Source: Candidatus Latescibacterota bacterium
GTDB taxonomy: Bacteria; Latescibacterota; UBA2968; GCA-2709665
Reading direction: 5' to 3'
Length of the DNA stretch: 64,000 nucleotides
NCBI GenBank assembly: GCA_965208835.1
Contig: OZ242358.1
Location: 4,480,001-4,544,000 of the forward strand
The position numbers and the translations under genes are program-made. Below the pieces are notes generated by a model. It did not search any database, was not told the DNA's origin, and was given only the letters and a program-made list of their open reading frames with translations. Each line of letters opens with the position of its first letter. Position 1 is the stretch's first letter. Positions 9,762-18,907 of this stretch are shown in pieces.

Positions 9762-10256
9762 TCAGGAAAGGTCTTTGAATTCGATGTGCAGGTGATCCCG
9801 GTACCCGGTAAGCCGGCGGTAGTCGACCCCGGCGCTGTCGAACATGCGCTTGGAGGCTATGACGGGTTCGGTCTCCGCGTATTTGTCCGCCAGGTAGATG
9901 ACTTCCCGAATGCCGGATTGAATGATGACTTTCGCGCATTCGTTGCACGGAAAGTGTGTAACGTAGATCGTGCAGTTGTAGAGGTTGGTGTCGATCTTGT
10001 TCAGGATCGCGTTGAGTTCGGCGTGGCAGATGTACGGGTACTTGGTATCGAGAAAGTCCCCCTCTCTTGCCCACGGGTATTCGTCGTCCGAGCAGCCGAT
10101 CGGCAGGCCGTTATAGCCGATGCCCACGATTTTCTTTTTCTCGTTGATGATGCATGCGCCGACGCGGGTGTTGGGGTCCTTGCTCCTCAGAGCGGAAAGC
10201 AGCGCGACGCCCATGAAATATTCATCCCATGAGAGATAGTCTTCACGTTTGTTCAT
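9762..10256 (-). CDS. dCMP deaminase
   Basis: WDEYFM, RSKDPNTRVGAC, GYNG, HAELNAI, PCNEC zinc motifs. Confidence 0.93.
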   Translation of the reverse strand: MNKREDYLSWDEYFMGVALLSALRSKDPNTRVGACIINEKKKIVGIGYNGLPIGCSDDEYPWAREGDFLDTKYPYICHAELNAILNKIDTNLYNCTIYVTHFPCNECAKVIIQSGIREVIYLADKYAETEPVIASKRMFDSAGVDYRRLTGYRDHLHIEFKDLS

Positions 10257-10451
10257 TTGAGCTTATCCGGACGATTCGATCCGCACGCGGCCCCGAGGGG
10301 AATCACAGGTCACGCGGCGCAAGGTATCTGTGTGAACGGGCTGTGTCGCCGTTACGCGCCAACGACGTAAATATGCTGATCGGGAACTTAGATTGCAACG
10401 CCTTATTGGGTGGTATTGGATTCGGTTCATCAACTGTATACATGAACAGGC

Positions 10452-10484
10452 AAAAGGCATCCGCCAAACCAACGGATGCCTTTT
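10452..10484. terminator. Bidirectional-type intrinsic terminator downstream of the TonB-dependent receptor
   Basis: AAAAGGCATCCG-N9-CGGATGCCTTTT perfect stem. Confidence 0.8.
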
Positions 10485-10510
10485 GTGAGACTGTTATGAA
10501 TAACGGACCG

Positions 10511-13500
10511 TCAACTTCCGAGATGGTAGGTTACAGCCAGCTTCAGCCGCCGGCCCTTGGGATCGTGCGTGAAGCCGTCGTAGGCCTGCTCGATATTCAC
10601 GAGAGGAGGCATTGTGTCGAGCAGATTCATGCCGGATAGCGCGATGTTCAACCCGTTTGGCATGTTCCACAGGAACGTCATGTCCCATGTTACATACGAT
10701 TCGATGGTACCGAAAATGCTCTTGATCTTCGAATTATCGGAGCCCATCGACCCGCGGTCCTCATAAGACGAGATGTAGTTCAGATAGGTCGCGAGACTGT
10801 AATCCTGCCAGTAATAGCTCCCCGAAATCCGGCCCTTGAACTTTGGAAGGGACGTCGCGATGGGATTGCCGAAGTTCAGGTAACCGGCGGCGTCCGCATC
10901 CTCCAGCAGCACCAGGTTTCCCAGCATCAGTGCTTTTGTCTCGTACGCCAGCGTATAGGTGCCTTCGAGGCCTGCTGTGAACAGTCCTGCTCCCTGCGGC
11001 ACCCGCGTACCCAGATGCAGATCGATTCCCGAGGTCTTGAGCCCAGGCCAATTGACGATATCCACCTGCACCCGCTCGAGTTCCGAGGCCGCGCAGGTGC
11101 CGGTACCGATTCCGTCCGGACACACGATAAATTGCTTCAGGGCGTTCTTATTTGCTTCGTCGGCGTATAAAGCGGTAATGGCGCCGTGGGGCATGGAACC
11201 GATCACGTCGCTGAAATCGTAACTCCAGTAGTCCAGTGTCGCCTCAAATCCCGTCTCGGTAACCAGGGCAAGGCCCGCGTTAAAAGTAAATGCACGTTCG
11301 GGTTTGAGGTCCTTGCTCCCGATTCTGTCGACCGTTTGATACGCGTCCGTCGCGTTGATCCACTCGAGGGTCGAGAGCGGGCTCTCATTCACGTCGTCCA
11401 GCGCTGGCGTGCGGAACGTCGTCTGAACAGAACCGCGCAGGAACAGGGATTGGTCGGCTGATTCCACCAGTTGATAGCGCCACCCGAACTTGGGATCGAA
11501 ACTGCTGGCCACGTCGTGGAACTCGTAGTTGGCGGCAAGCTGCACGTCAAACCGCTCTCCCAGGCTCAGCGGAGTCTCGGCAAAGAAGCGATGCACCGTC
11601 TGAGATTCATCATACGGCCGATGCACGTTGGTGAACGCATAGGGGCCGAATCGGTCCTCAGCCGAGCAGTTCTTGTCGCCGACAACCGGACAGGGGTTGA
11701 TGGTCACGTCGCCCTCGTCGTTGGGGTCCCCGCTGGCATTGAAAAGCCGGAACTGGTAGCCCGCCGCGTAACTGAAGACGTCCTCGATCCAGGTCCCCGT
11801 CATCGTCGCGTCGGCCACCAGCATGTCGGCCGTGCTCTGCATGTCCACTTCCTGGTTGAGCCAGAGTCGAAGTTCCTCACTGTTGGCAAGCGCGGCGCGG
11901 TAACCGGGATTCGCCCGGGTTGCATACGCCGAACCGTATTGGTCCGTGAACTCGATCGCATTGCCGAAGGGATTGTAGTACTGGCAGTCGCCCTGACCCG
12001 CCACCTTGCCGCCGAGCGGGCCCAGGCGCATTCCGGCAAGAGACGTCTGATCCGCCACCACGTCAACGCCGCAGCGCGGCCCCCCGAAGCCCCGGAAGCC
12101 GAGGAAAAGCCGCTCGATGTACACACCCGGCAGGTTGTAGTTGCCTTCGGTGCGGGAGTAGGAAAGGCCCAGGTCGAAATGCGAGTCCCGCCCGCCGAAT
12201 CCCTCGAAGTCTCCATTGATGGAAGCCGCCAGCCGCAACGTGCGGGAGTCACGGTCCAGCGTTCGCCCCGGACCCGAGTTTCCGAAAGGACGTCCGTTGA
12301 AGTACCAGTTCTCGCCTCCCTGACATGCCTCGTAATATGGATCGGACGGGTCCGCGCCGTAGTCCTCGCAGAATGCCCCCCGGCCAGGGTGGTCCGGCGC
12401 GACTTCCATGATACTGGTGTCTGTGAGTGGAAACGGCGGATACGACGGCGTCGTGTACCAATCGGCAATCGTGGCCTGCGCCCACAGACCTTCGACGTGA
12501 TACTCCGCACCGTTATCCAGCTTCCCGTTGATCTCGGCAAAAGCGCGCATATGACTCATATCTTCGATCAGATTCTCATATTGCTGATATCGGAACCGGC
12601 ATGTCCAGGACTCCCGGAAACCCCCGAATTCCTCGCACCTTGGGGCGTGAATGGCGGCGGTCCATGGGGCCGGCGCCCCGATGGCGAAGGTGCCGGGATT
12701 GCCCAGGCTCGACCACCCCAGGCGCTGCCCGCCACCGTGCCATGGCTGCAGCAGGTAATCCCTTTCCCAGGACGGCAACGCCTGGCGTCCCCTCCATTCG
12801 GCGGACACGACCGCGTGGGCTTCTCCGAGTTTCCCGCCCCATATCGCGCCGGCGTTGGTATCGCCCGCGCCCGGGAAGTACTCGTGCGCGGCGGAAACCT
12901 CGAAGCCCTCGAAGTTACGGCGCGTAAGGAAGTTGGCCACGCCGCCCACTGCATCCGACCCGTATATGGCGGAAGCCCCTTCCTTGAGTACTTCGACCCG
13001 CTCGATGGCAATAGAGGGAATCACGTTGACATCGACAAAGCGGCCCCCGATCAGTCGCGCCGGGACGTAAGTCTGGCGACGGCTGTTGATCAGCACGAGG
13101 GTGCGCGACGCCCCCAGGCCCCGCAGGTTGACGTTTGCGATGCTTTCGGTGAGCGTGGCGGCCTGGCCTGAATTGTACCAGCTGCTGCGCTCCCCGATCA
13201 CGCCGTGGCTGGCGCCGAGATTCTTGAAAAAGTCGACAGCCTGCGGAGACCCCTGTTCCGCCATCTCCTCGCGGCCAACCGCCACAACAGCGTAAGTCTG
13301 GTTGATGGGGGATTCCTTGAAGGCCGTGCCGGTCACCACGAGTTCGTCCATGTAAAGCAGCGACAGGTCCATACTCAACGCAACGGTAAGGGTCGCGCCG
13401 GCGGTGACCGTGATCGTTCGCGGCTCGCCCGCATAGCCGATCAGTTGCACGCTTAGTTGGTGTGTGCCGGCCGGTACGTCGCGGATGGTAAAGCGTCCTG

Positions 13501-13687
13501 CCGCGTCCGACTCCGCGACCAGGTTCAGCGCGGCGATGGACACGTTAACACCTTCCAGCGGGTCTCCGCTTTCCGCGTCGACGACGGTCCCGGACACGGT
13601 TCCGGTCGATTGTCCCACCACAGTATGCGCGTGGAGAAACATTGCCGCGCATACCAGAAACGGAATATACCTTACGATGGACTTCAT
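10511..13687 (-). CDS. TonB-dependent outer-membrane receptor with N-terminal carboxypeptidase-regulatory-like extension
   Basis: Signal peptide; GTVSGTVVDAESGDPLEG extension; TonB box DELVVTG; plug motifs NLRGLGASRTLVLIN and IERVEVLKEGASAIYGSDAVGGVANF; C-terminal NLLD..GRR strand. Confidence 0.93.
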   Translation of the reverse strand: MKSIVRYIPFLVCAAMFLHAHTVVGQSTGTVSGTVVDAESGDPLEGVNVSIAALNLVAESDAAGRFTIRDVPAGTHQLSVQLIGYAGEPRTITVTAGATLTVALSMDLSLLYMDELVVTGTAFKESPINQTYAVVAVGREEMAEQGSPQAVDFFKNLGASHGVIGERSSWYNSGQAATLTESIANVNLRGLGASRTLVLINSRRQTYVPARLIGGRFVDVNVIPSIAIERVEVLKEGASAIYGSDAVGGVANFLTRRNFEGFEVSAAHEYFPGAGDTNAGAIWGGKLGEAHAVVSAEWRGRQALPSWERDYLLQPWHGGGQRLGWSSLGNPGTFAIGAPAPWTAAIHAPRCEEFGGFRESWTCRFRYQQYENLIEDMSHMRAFAEINGKLDNGAEYHVEGLWAQATIADWYTTPSYPPFPLTDTSIMEVAPDHPGRGAFCEDYGADPSDPYYEACQGGENWYFNGRPFGNSGPGRTLDRDSRTLRLAASINGDFEGFGGRDSHFDLGLSYSRTEGNYNLPGVYIERLFLGFRGFGGPRCGVDVVADQTSLAGMRLGPLGGKVAGQGDCQYYNPFGNAIEFTDQYGSAYATRANPGYRAALANSEELRLWLNQEVDMQSTADMLVADATMTGTWIEDVFSYAAGYQFRLFNASGDPNDEGDVTINPCPVVGDKNCSAEDRFGPYAFTNVHRPYDESQTVHRFFAETPLSLGERFDVQLAANYEFHDVASSFDPKFGWRYQLVESADQSLFLRGSVQTTFRTPALDDVNESPLSTLEWINATDAYQTVDRIGSKDLKPERAFTFNAGLALVTETGFEATLDYWSYDFSDVIGSMPHGAITALYADEANKNALKQFIVCPDGIGTGTCAASELERVQVDIVNWPGLKTSGIDLHLGTRVPQGAGLFTAGLEGTYTLAYETKALMLGNLVLLEDADAAGYLNFGNPIATSLPKFKGRISGSYYWQDYSLATYLNYISSYEDRGSMGSDNSKIKSIFGTIESYVTWDMTFLWNMPNGLNIALSGMNLLDTMPPLVNIEQAYDGFTHDPKGRRLKLAVTYHLGS

Positions 13688-13771
13688 AGGACCTCCTCGT
13701 CTTGGGTCTTCAGCCGAAGTTTGAAATCGGCTCGTTACTCTTGCGGCATGGATGGCCGCCAGAACATTCCC

Positions 13772-15328
13772 TCACGATATTCTCTTCAGTTCACTTCGCA
13801 GCCCTCTCCAGACGCAGAACGCCATACCCAACAGGACGACGGCGAACGGGAGGCCGGTTGCCAGCGAGGCGGCCTGCAAGGCTTCCAATCCTCCGCCAAG
13901 CAGAAGCGCGATCGCCACCAGCCCCTCGATCGTACACCAGAAGACGCGCTGCGCCACCGGTGCGTCAACCCTCCCGCCGGCCGCGATCGTGTCGATGATC
14001 AGCGATCCGGAGTCCGACGACGTCACGAAGAATACGATTGTCAGCAGCATTGCGACAGACGAAAGCAGTACCGGCGCCGGCAATCTGTCAAGCATTTTGA
14101 AGAGTGCAATCTCAAGTTTCCAGGCTTCGACATTCCCGGTAACGCCGGCATAGCCGTCGACCATGTGCTGGTGGAACGCCGTGCCGCCGAAGGAGCCGAA
14201 CCACAGCAGGCACAACAGTGTGGGCATCAGGAGAACGAAAACGACGAACTCGCGAACGGTGCGCCCCTTCGAGATCCTGGCGATGAACGTCCCCACGAAC
14301 GGCGCCCAGGCGAACCACCACGCCCAGTAGAACGTGGTCCAGTCGCGAACGAATCCTGTATCTTCACGCCCGATCCAGTTGCTGAGCGGACCGACCTTCA
14401 CCAGATAGCCGCCCAGCCCCTGTGCGATGCTGCGGAGAACGTATGCTGTGGGACCGAGCAGGATCACGGCAAGCAGCAACATCAGGGCAACGATGACGTT
14501 GAATTGGCTGAGGTGCTTGATGCCGACGTCGATACCCGTCAGCACCGAAATCAGGGCAATCGCGGTAATCACCACGATCAGGGCCACCATCGTGGCGCCG
14601 CTCGCCGGTATGTCGAACAGGTAGTTGAAGCCGGAGGTTACCTGTTGAACCCCGAGGCCGAGGGAGGTTGCCAGCCCGAACAACCCCGCGAATATGGCGA
14701 ACGTATCGATAACGTGGCCGGGCCAGCCCCAGACGCGGTCGCCAAACAGGGGATGGAACGCCGAACGGATCGTTAAAGGCAATCCGCGGTTGTACGCAAA
14801 GAACCCGAGTGCGAGTCCCACGACGCCGTAGATCGCCCAGCCGTGCAGGCCCCAGTGAAACGTCGTGGCCGCGATACCGGCAACGGCGGCCGCTTCCGTT
14901 CCGGAGGCGATGCCCAGCGGCGGACTCTTGAAGTAGTAGACCGGCTCCGCCACTCCGAAAAACAGAAGACCTATGCCCACGCCGGCGGCAAATAGCATGG
15001 CGAGCCAGGTCGTGTTCGTGTATTCCGGTTTCGCCCGCGGGCCTCCGAGACGGACCCGCCCGAGCGGCGATACGGCAACGTAGAGACAGAAGAGCACGAC
15101 CAGGTTGGCCGCGCTCATGAAAAACCAGTTGAGATTCGTCGTAAGCCAGACACGGGTGTCTTTGAAGACTTCCGTCGCGGCCTCCCTGAAGATAAGGGTG
15201 CCCGCAACGAAAGCGACGATGGTAAGACTGGAAATCACGAACACCGGGGTCAGGTAGATTTCCAGGCCGAACAGCCGGCGGTGCTGCGCGGCATCGTGTG
15301 AATGGGGTCGTGCTCCCGCTGCAGACAT
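13772..15328 (-). CDS. BCCT family (betaine/carnitine/choline) transporter
   Basis: WLAMLFAAGVGIGLLF, FHWGLHGWAIY, WTTFYWAWWFAWAPFVG, ARISKGRTVREF, FFVTSSDSG. Confidence 0.95.
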   Translation of the reverse strand: MSAAGARPHSHDAAQHRRLFGLEIYLTPVFVISSLTIVAFVAGTLIFREAATEVFKDTRVWLTTNLNWFFMSAANLVVLFCLYVAVSPLGRVRLGGPRAKPEYTNTTWLAMLFAAGVGIGLLFFGVAEPVYYFKSPPLGIASGTEAAAVAGIAATTFHWGLHGWAIYGVVGLALGFFAYNRGLPLTIRSAFHPLFGDRVWGWPGHVIDTFAIFAGLFGLATSLGLGVQQVTSGFNYLFDIPASGATMVALIVVITAIALISVLTGIDVGIKHLSQFNVIVALMLLLAVILLGPTAYVLRSIAQGLGGYLVKVGPLSNWIGREDTGFVRDWTTFYWAWWFAWAPFVGTFIARISKGRTVREFVVFVLLMPTLLCLLWFGSFGGTAFHQHMVDGYAGVTGNVEAWKLEIALFKMLDRLPAPVLLSSVAMLLTIVFFVTSSDSGSLIIDTIAAGGRVDAPVAQRVFWCTIEGLVAIALLLGGGLEALQAASLATGLPFAVVLLGMAFCVWRGLRSELKRIS

Positions 15329-15461
15329 CGGGAATATCCACTTTCAGTTGGCGAACGGATCGAAACGCAACCGGGAACCGTCTGTGCCCCGCGTTCTCTA
15401 TCAGGTGTTGGAGAGGTCAGGGAGCCGGCTGCCATTCCGATTAATTGCACACTATTGAGAG

Positions 15462-15478
15462 TGTCTCAGAATGAGACG
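15462..15478. promoter_or_regulatory. Palindromic operator/UAS upstream of the BCCT gene
   Basis: TGTCTCA-GAA-TGAGACG dyad about 135 bp upstream of the start; same form as 21628-21644. Confidence 0.5.
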
Positions 15479-15563
15479 CTTACACCTGAAAGATATGCGG
15501 TCTTTTAATTTCCGCAACCTCTACATTTCCTGTTTACGACCACCTTTTGCCTTTTCAGGTGGT

Positions 15564-16877
15564 TTATTTCCTGGTTTCTCCGGCGCGTACCAGCGCCTGT
15601 TTCATCGCGATGGGGCCGATCATCTGATTCACCGCTATCACCGCGACGATTACCGTCACGAAGGCTTCGCCCCAGCCCGGAAAACGGCGGGTGACCTCCA
15701 GAGCCAGTCCCAGGCTGACGCCGGCCTGCGTGAGATAGGCCAGACCCGCGATGCGGTTGAAGCGGGGAGGATCGCCGCCAAGGCGCCCTCCTGCGTACGC
15801 GCTCAGGTAGATGGCCCCGGCTCTCACGCCAACGAGCAGAATCGCAACGGTCCACGTCTGCATCAGGGCGTCCAGGTTCAGGCCCGCTCCCGCCAGCGTA
15901 AAGAACAAAACGTATACTGGAAGACCGACCGATTCAATCGCTTCTATGAAGCGGGAACCCTGACGGGAGACGTTCTGCACGGTGAATCCGGCGGTAACGC
16001 AGATCAGCAGGGGCTCGAGATGGATACTGAGGCCGTACGCCTCTTTAAGATACGCGGCGAACCCGTGCGAGATGCTGGTCACCAGAAGGGCCGTACCCAG
16101 CAACAGCAGCGGTAGGTTCGCCCGGACCCGGTCAATATAGAAGCCCAGCGCCAGCCCCACGCCCAAACCCGCACCGATGCCCAGCAGGACTTCCACGCTC
16201 AGGCCGGCAATGAATCCCAGGTCCAATGCGGCGGCGGGCGACATCACCACCTCGCAGAACGAAATCGCGGCGCCGAACAGCACGATCACGAAGACGTCCA
16301 GCGCCACGGTGACGCCGAGCGCGGTTTCGGTGAACGGGCCCGTCGCACGTGTCTCGTTTACAATGGCGATGGCGCTGGAAGGCGACCGCGCCACGGCGAG
16401 TACGCCGAAGAGCGAGCCCACCGTCAGCAACTCGAGATTCGAAAAGGATGCGGTGAACGGCAGCAGCGGTGCTGCAAGGAACACGAATGTGGTGACGATG
16501 ATGAAGACGATGGTGGTCTGTGAGAGGATAGAGTGCAGGATGACGCTCATCCGCTCCCTCAGTTCGGCCATCCTCAATTCGCCGCCCGCCGCCAGTGCGA
16601 TGAAGGTCACCGCCAGCTCGTTCAGAAACCCGAGTTGGCCCACGGCTTCTCTGGTCAGGAAGCCCATCAGGTAGGGTCCCGTGAGCATGCCGACGCAGAG
16701 GTATCCGGTTATCCGCGGGAGGTGCAGCCGGGAGAGGACGTGGCCCGCCGCGTAACCGGAAAGCAGGAGCAGACCGACAACCAGCGTGGTGTAGGCGCCG
16801 GGAGCGTCGCCGGGCGGGGTCGAGCCGGCCCAGGCCATGAGCAGACTCAGGGCGATGAAGACGAAAATCAGCCTCAT
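15564..16877 (-). CDS. Cation:proton antiporter family protein (subunit 2)
   Basis: LPRITGYL, FIALAAGGEL, ARSPSSAIA, GVTVALD, FFTLAGA, TQAGVSLGLA motifs; many hydrophobic segments; ATG overlaps the upstream stop. Confidence 0.85.
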   Translation of the reverse strand: MRLIFVFIALSLLMAWAGSTPPGDAPGAYTTLVVGLLLLSGYAAGHVLSRLHLPRITGYLCVGMLTGPYLMGFLTREAVGQLGFLNELAVTFIALAAGGELRMAELRERMSVILHSILSQTTIVFIIVTTFVFLAAPLLPFTASFSNLELLTVGSLFGVLAVARSPSSAIAIVNETRATGPFTETALGVTVALDVFVIVLFGAAISFCEVVMSPAAALDLGFIAGLSVEVLLGIGAGLGVGLALGFYIDRVRANLPLLLLGTALLVTSISHGFAAYLKEAYGLSIHLEPLLICVTAGFTVQNVSRQGSRFIEAIESVGLPVYVLFFTLAGAGLNLDALMQTWTVAILLVGVRAGAIYLSAYAGGRLGGDPPRFNRIAGLAYLTQAGVSLGLALEVTRRFPGWGEAFVTVIVAVIAVNQMIGPIAMKQALVRAGETRK

Positions 16878-18061
16878 GGCGTCTTTCCCAGCAGGCGTCG
16901 CGTCGAGGCCGGAGCGATGAGTTCGCTGGCGATGATGCCCAGCAGCACCACGGAAATCACTGCGTCTGTCACCTCGGAACGGTGGATCTGGTGCAGGTTG
17001 ACCACGATGGCCACGGCCATTCCCCCGTGAGAAAGCAGACCGAGACCGAGGCCGCTCAACGCTCGGGATCCGGGCAGAAACAGGCGGACCGAAACGAAGC
17101 CGCCAAGGGTCTTGCCGAGGGTCCGGACGAGGACATAGACAGGCACCAGAGCCAGAAGCCAGACCGATTCGATACGCCATCCGGCGCCCACCAGGATGAG
17201 AAAGATGATGTAGATGGAGTGTTCGCCTCTCAGGAGCACCGTGCGAATGCCCGCCCTCGCTCGTCCTCTCGCCAGATTCGCGACGATGACACCCGCGATG
17301 AGGTTGACCAGAAGCGGAGACAGGCTGAGGTACAGCGCTAGTCCTCCCGAAAAGGTTATGGCGCCCATGACGATCAGCAGCATCTCATCGTCCTTGAGGC
17401 GGTAGGTGGTCAGGGCAACGACCAGCAGACCGACGGTCAGGCCGAGCCCCGCCGAGACACCGATCCACGTGTAGGTGGACGCGCCGGCGTGCAATACGGC
17501 CAGGCACGAGATGAGACCGAACGCGGTCAGGCCGACCAGGTCGTCGATGTTCGATACGTTCGTGAGAAGCCGCATCAGCGGCCGCGCCGGGGCCGGCGTG
17601 TTTCGGGAAAACAGCGTGAGGCCGCTGGAAGCCGTGCCCGATGCCGCGGCCGCCAGCGTGACGGCGCCGATCACCAGCAGCTCCGTTTCGCGTGCATAGA
17701 GGTAGTGAAAGAGCAGCAGGAAGGGAACGGCCACAACCACAAGGGTGATCAGGCTCTGGACGAGCGCAGCGCCGAAGACCCGTCCCGGAATATGACTCAG
17801 CCGCCGAAACTCCCACTGAACGCCGAAGAGCATGCCGATCCACGAGAGGCCCATGCCCACAAACGGATAGAGGCCGTCGAGGGTCGCTGAGTCAAGCAGA
17901 TCGAGAACGGCGCCGCCGAGAAGAAATCCGACCAGGAGGTATTCGATACCGGTGAGAAAGAGGTTTCTGACACCGAGGGGCAGGCGGATATGGACGAAAC
18001 TGAGGCGGGAACCGACGAACGCGATCACGACGATCAGGATGGCGGCGAAGACCAGTTTCAT
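16874..18061 (-). CDS. Cation:proton antiporter-like membrane protein (subunit 1)
   Basis: Highly hydrophobic; SNIDDL, RTLGK and GLGLLSHGGMAVAI CPA-like motifs; ATGA overlaps on both sides. Confidence 0.75.
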   Translation of the reverse strand: MKLVFAAILIVVIAFVGSRLSFVHIRLPLGVRNLFLTGIEYLLVGFLLGGAVLDLLDSATLDGLYPFVGMGLSWIGMLFGVQWEFRRLSHIPGRVFGAALVQSLITLVVVAVPFLLLFHYLYARETELLVIGAVTLAAAASGTASSGLTLFSRNTPAPARPLMRLLTNVSNIDDLVGLTAFGLISCLAVLHAGASTYTWIGVSAGLGLTVGLLVVALTTYRLKDDEMLLIVMGAITFSGGLALYLSLSPLLVNLIAGVIVANLARGRARAGIRTVLLRGEHSIYIIFLILVGAGWRIESVWLLALVPVYVLVRTLGKTLGGFVSVRLFLPGSRALSGLGLGLLSHGGMAVAIVVNLHQIHRSEVTDAVISVVLLGIIASELIAPASTRRLLGKTP

Positions 18062-18393
18062 GGAGGTTCCCCGCCCTCCGGTCCAAGACGGAAATCGACG
18101 GGCAAGAGAAAGAGTGTTCCCACGCCGGGCCGCGTGAAATCGACACCGGTTTCCCGGAACAGCCGGATGAGCGGGTCGAGCAGCGTTCGGTCCTTTACGG
18201 GTGCGACGATCACGCTGGAACGGCCGGATCCTGCCGGCAGCAATCCGGCAAAGATGGGCACGTCCTCGGACAGGATGCGCTCCATTGGAGTCCCGTCCAG
18301 CACCGTTGCGCCCGTGATTTCCAGCTCAACGAGACCGGAGAGGACCTCGTCGAGCAGGTCCTCGCGGTAGAGTGTAATGATAAGCAGATGCAT
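18058..18393 (-). CDS. PII-like small protein
   Basis: 111 aa; LLIITL..EDLLDEVLSGL..ITGATVLDG N-terminus and G.GTLFLLPVD C-terminus fit the GlnB/PII-like pattern. Alternative start at 18429. Confidence 0.6.
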   Translation of the reverse strand: MHLLIITLYREDLLDEVLSGLVELEITGATVLDGTPMERILSEDVPIFAGLLPAGSGRSSVIVAPVKDRTLLDPLIRLFRETGVDFTRPGVGTLFLLPVDFRLGPEGGEPP

Positions 18394-18432
18394 TGAAATA
18401 GCGTATTCGCCCGGGACTTCGGGATTCAAAGG

Positions 18433-18891
18433 CTAAAAAGGCTCCTGTGCGCGGATGATCTCCATAACTTCATCAGGAGACGCGGCTGCAAGGATCTGCC
18501 GCCGGATCTCCTCGCGGTCGAAAATGCGGGCGGTGCGGCTCAGAACGCTCATGTACGCCGGCATCGATATTTCGGAGGAAAGAACCAGGAAGATCAGGTG
18601 TACGGGTTGCCCGTCCAGACTCTGAAAATCGATGCCTTCCCCGGATACGCCCAACGCCGCGACCACGCCTTCGATGTCGTCCGACCTGGCGTGGGGTATC
18701 GCCACGTGCTGATCCACGCCGCTGGTCTTGATGGCTTCCTGTTCCAGGATGAGGCCGAGCAGCGCGTTGGGATCGGGCAGGTGGACCGACCGGCCGATCA
18801 TTTCGATCAGCTCGCGGATGGCTCCGTCCCGATCGGAACTGGTCAGGCTGAGTGCGATACGGTCGCCGGCCAATGCGTCGCAGAGTCTCAT
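18433..18891 (-). CDS. PTS IIA domain protein (EIIA-Ntr/fructose-like)
   Basis: TSGVDQHVAIPHAR phospho-His motif; GIDFQSLDGQPVHLIFL. Confidence 0.9.
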   Translation of the reverse strand: MRLCDALAGDRIALSLTSSDRDGAIRELIEMIGRSVHLPDPNALLGLILEQEAIKTSGVDQHVAIPHARSDDIEGVVAALGVSGEGIDFQSLDGQPVHLIFLVLSSEISMPAYMSVLSRTARIFDREEIRRQILAAASPDEVMEIIRAQEPF

Positions 18892-18907
18892 AGGGCTGAT
18901 TTCCGGT

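Noticed and set aside
9762-10256. dCMP deaminase as an anti-phage dCTP deaminase
   Set aside because: Only 164 aa, without the kinase-like N-terminal domain of defensive dCTP deaminases; ordinary housekeeping type.
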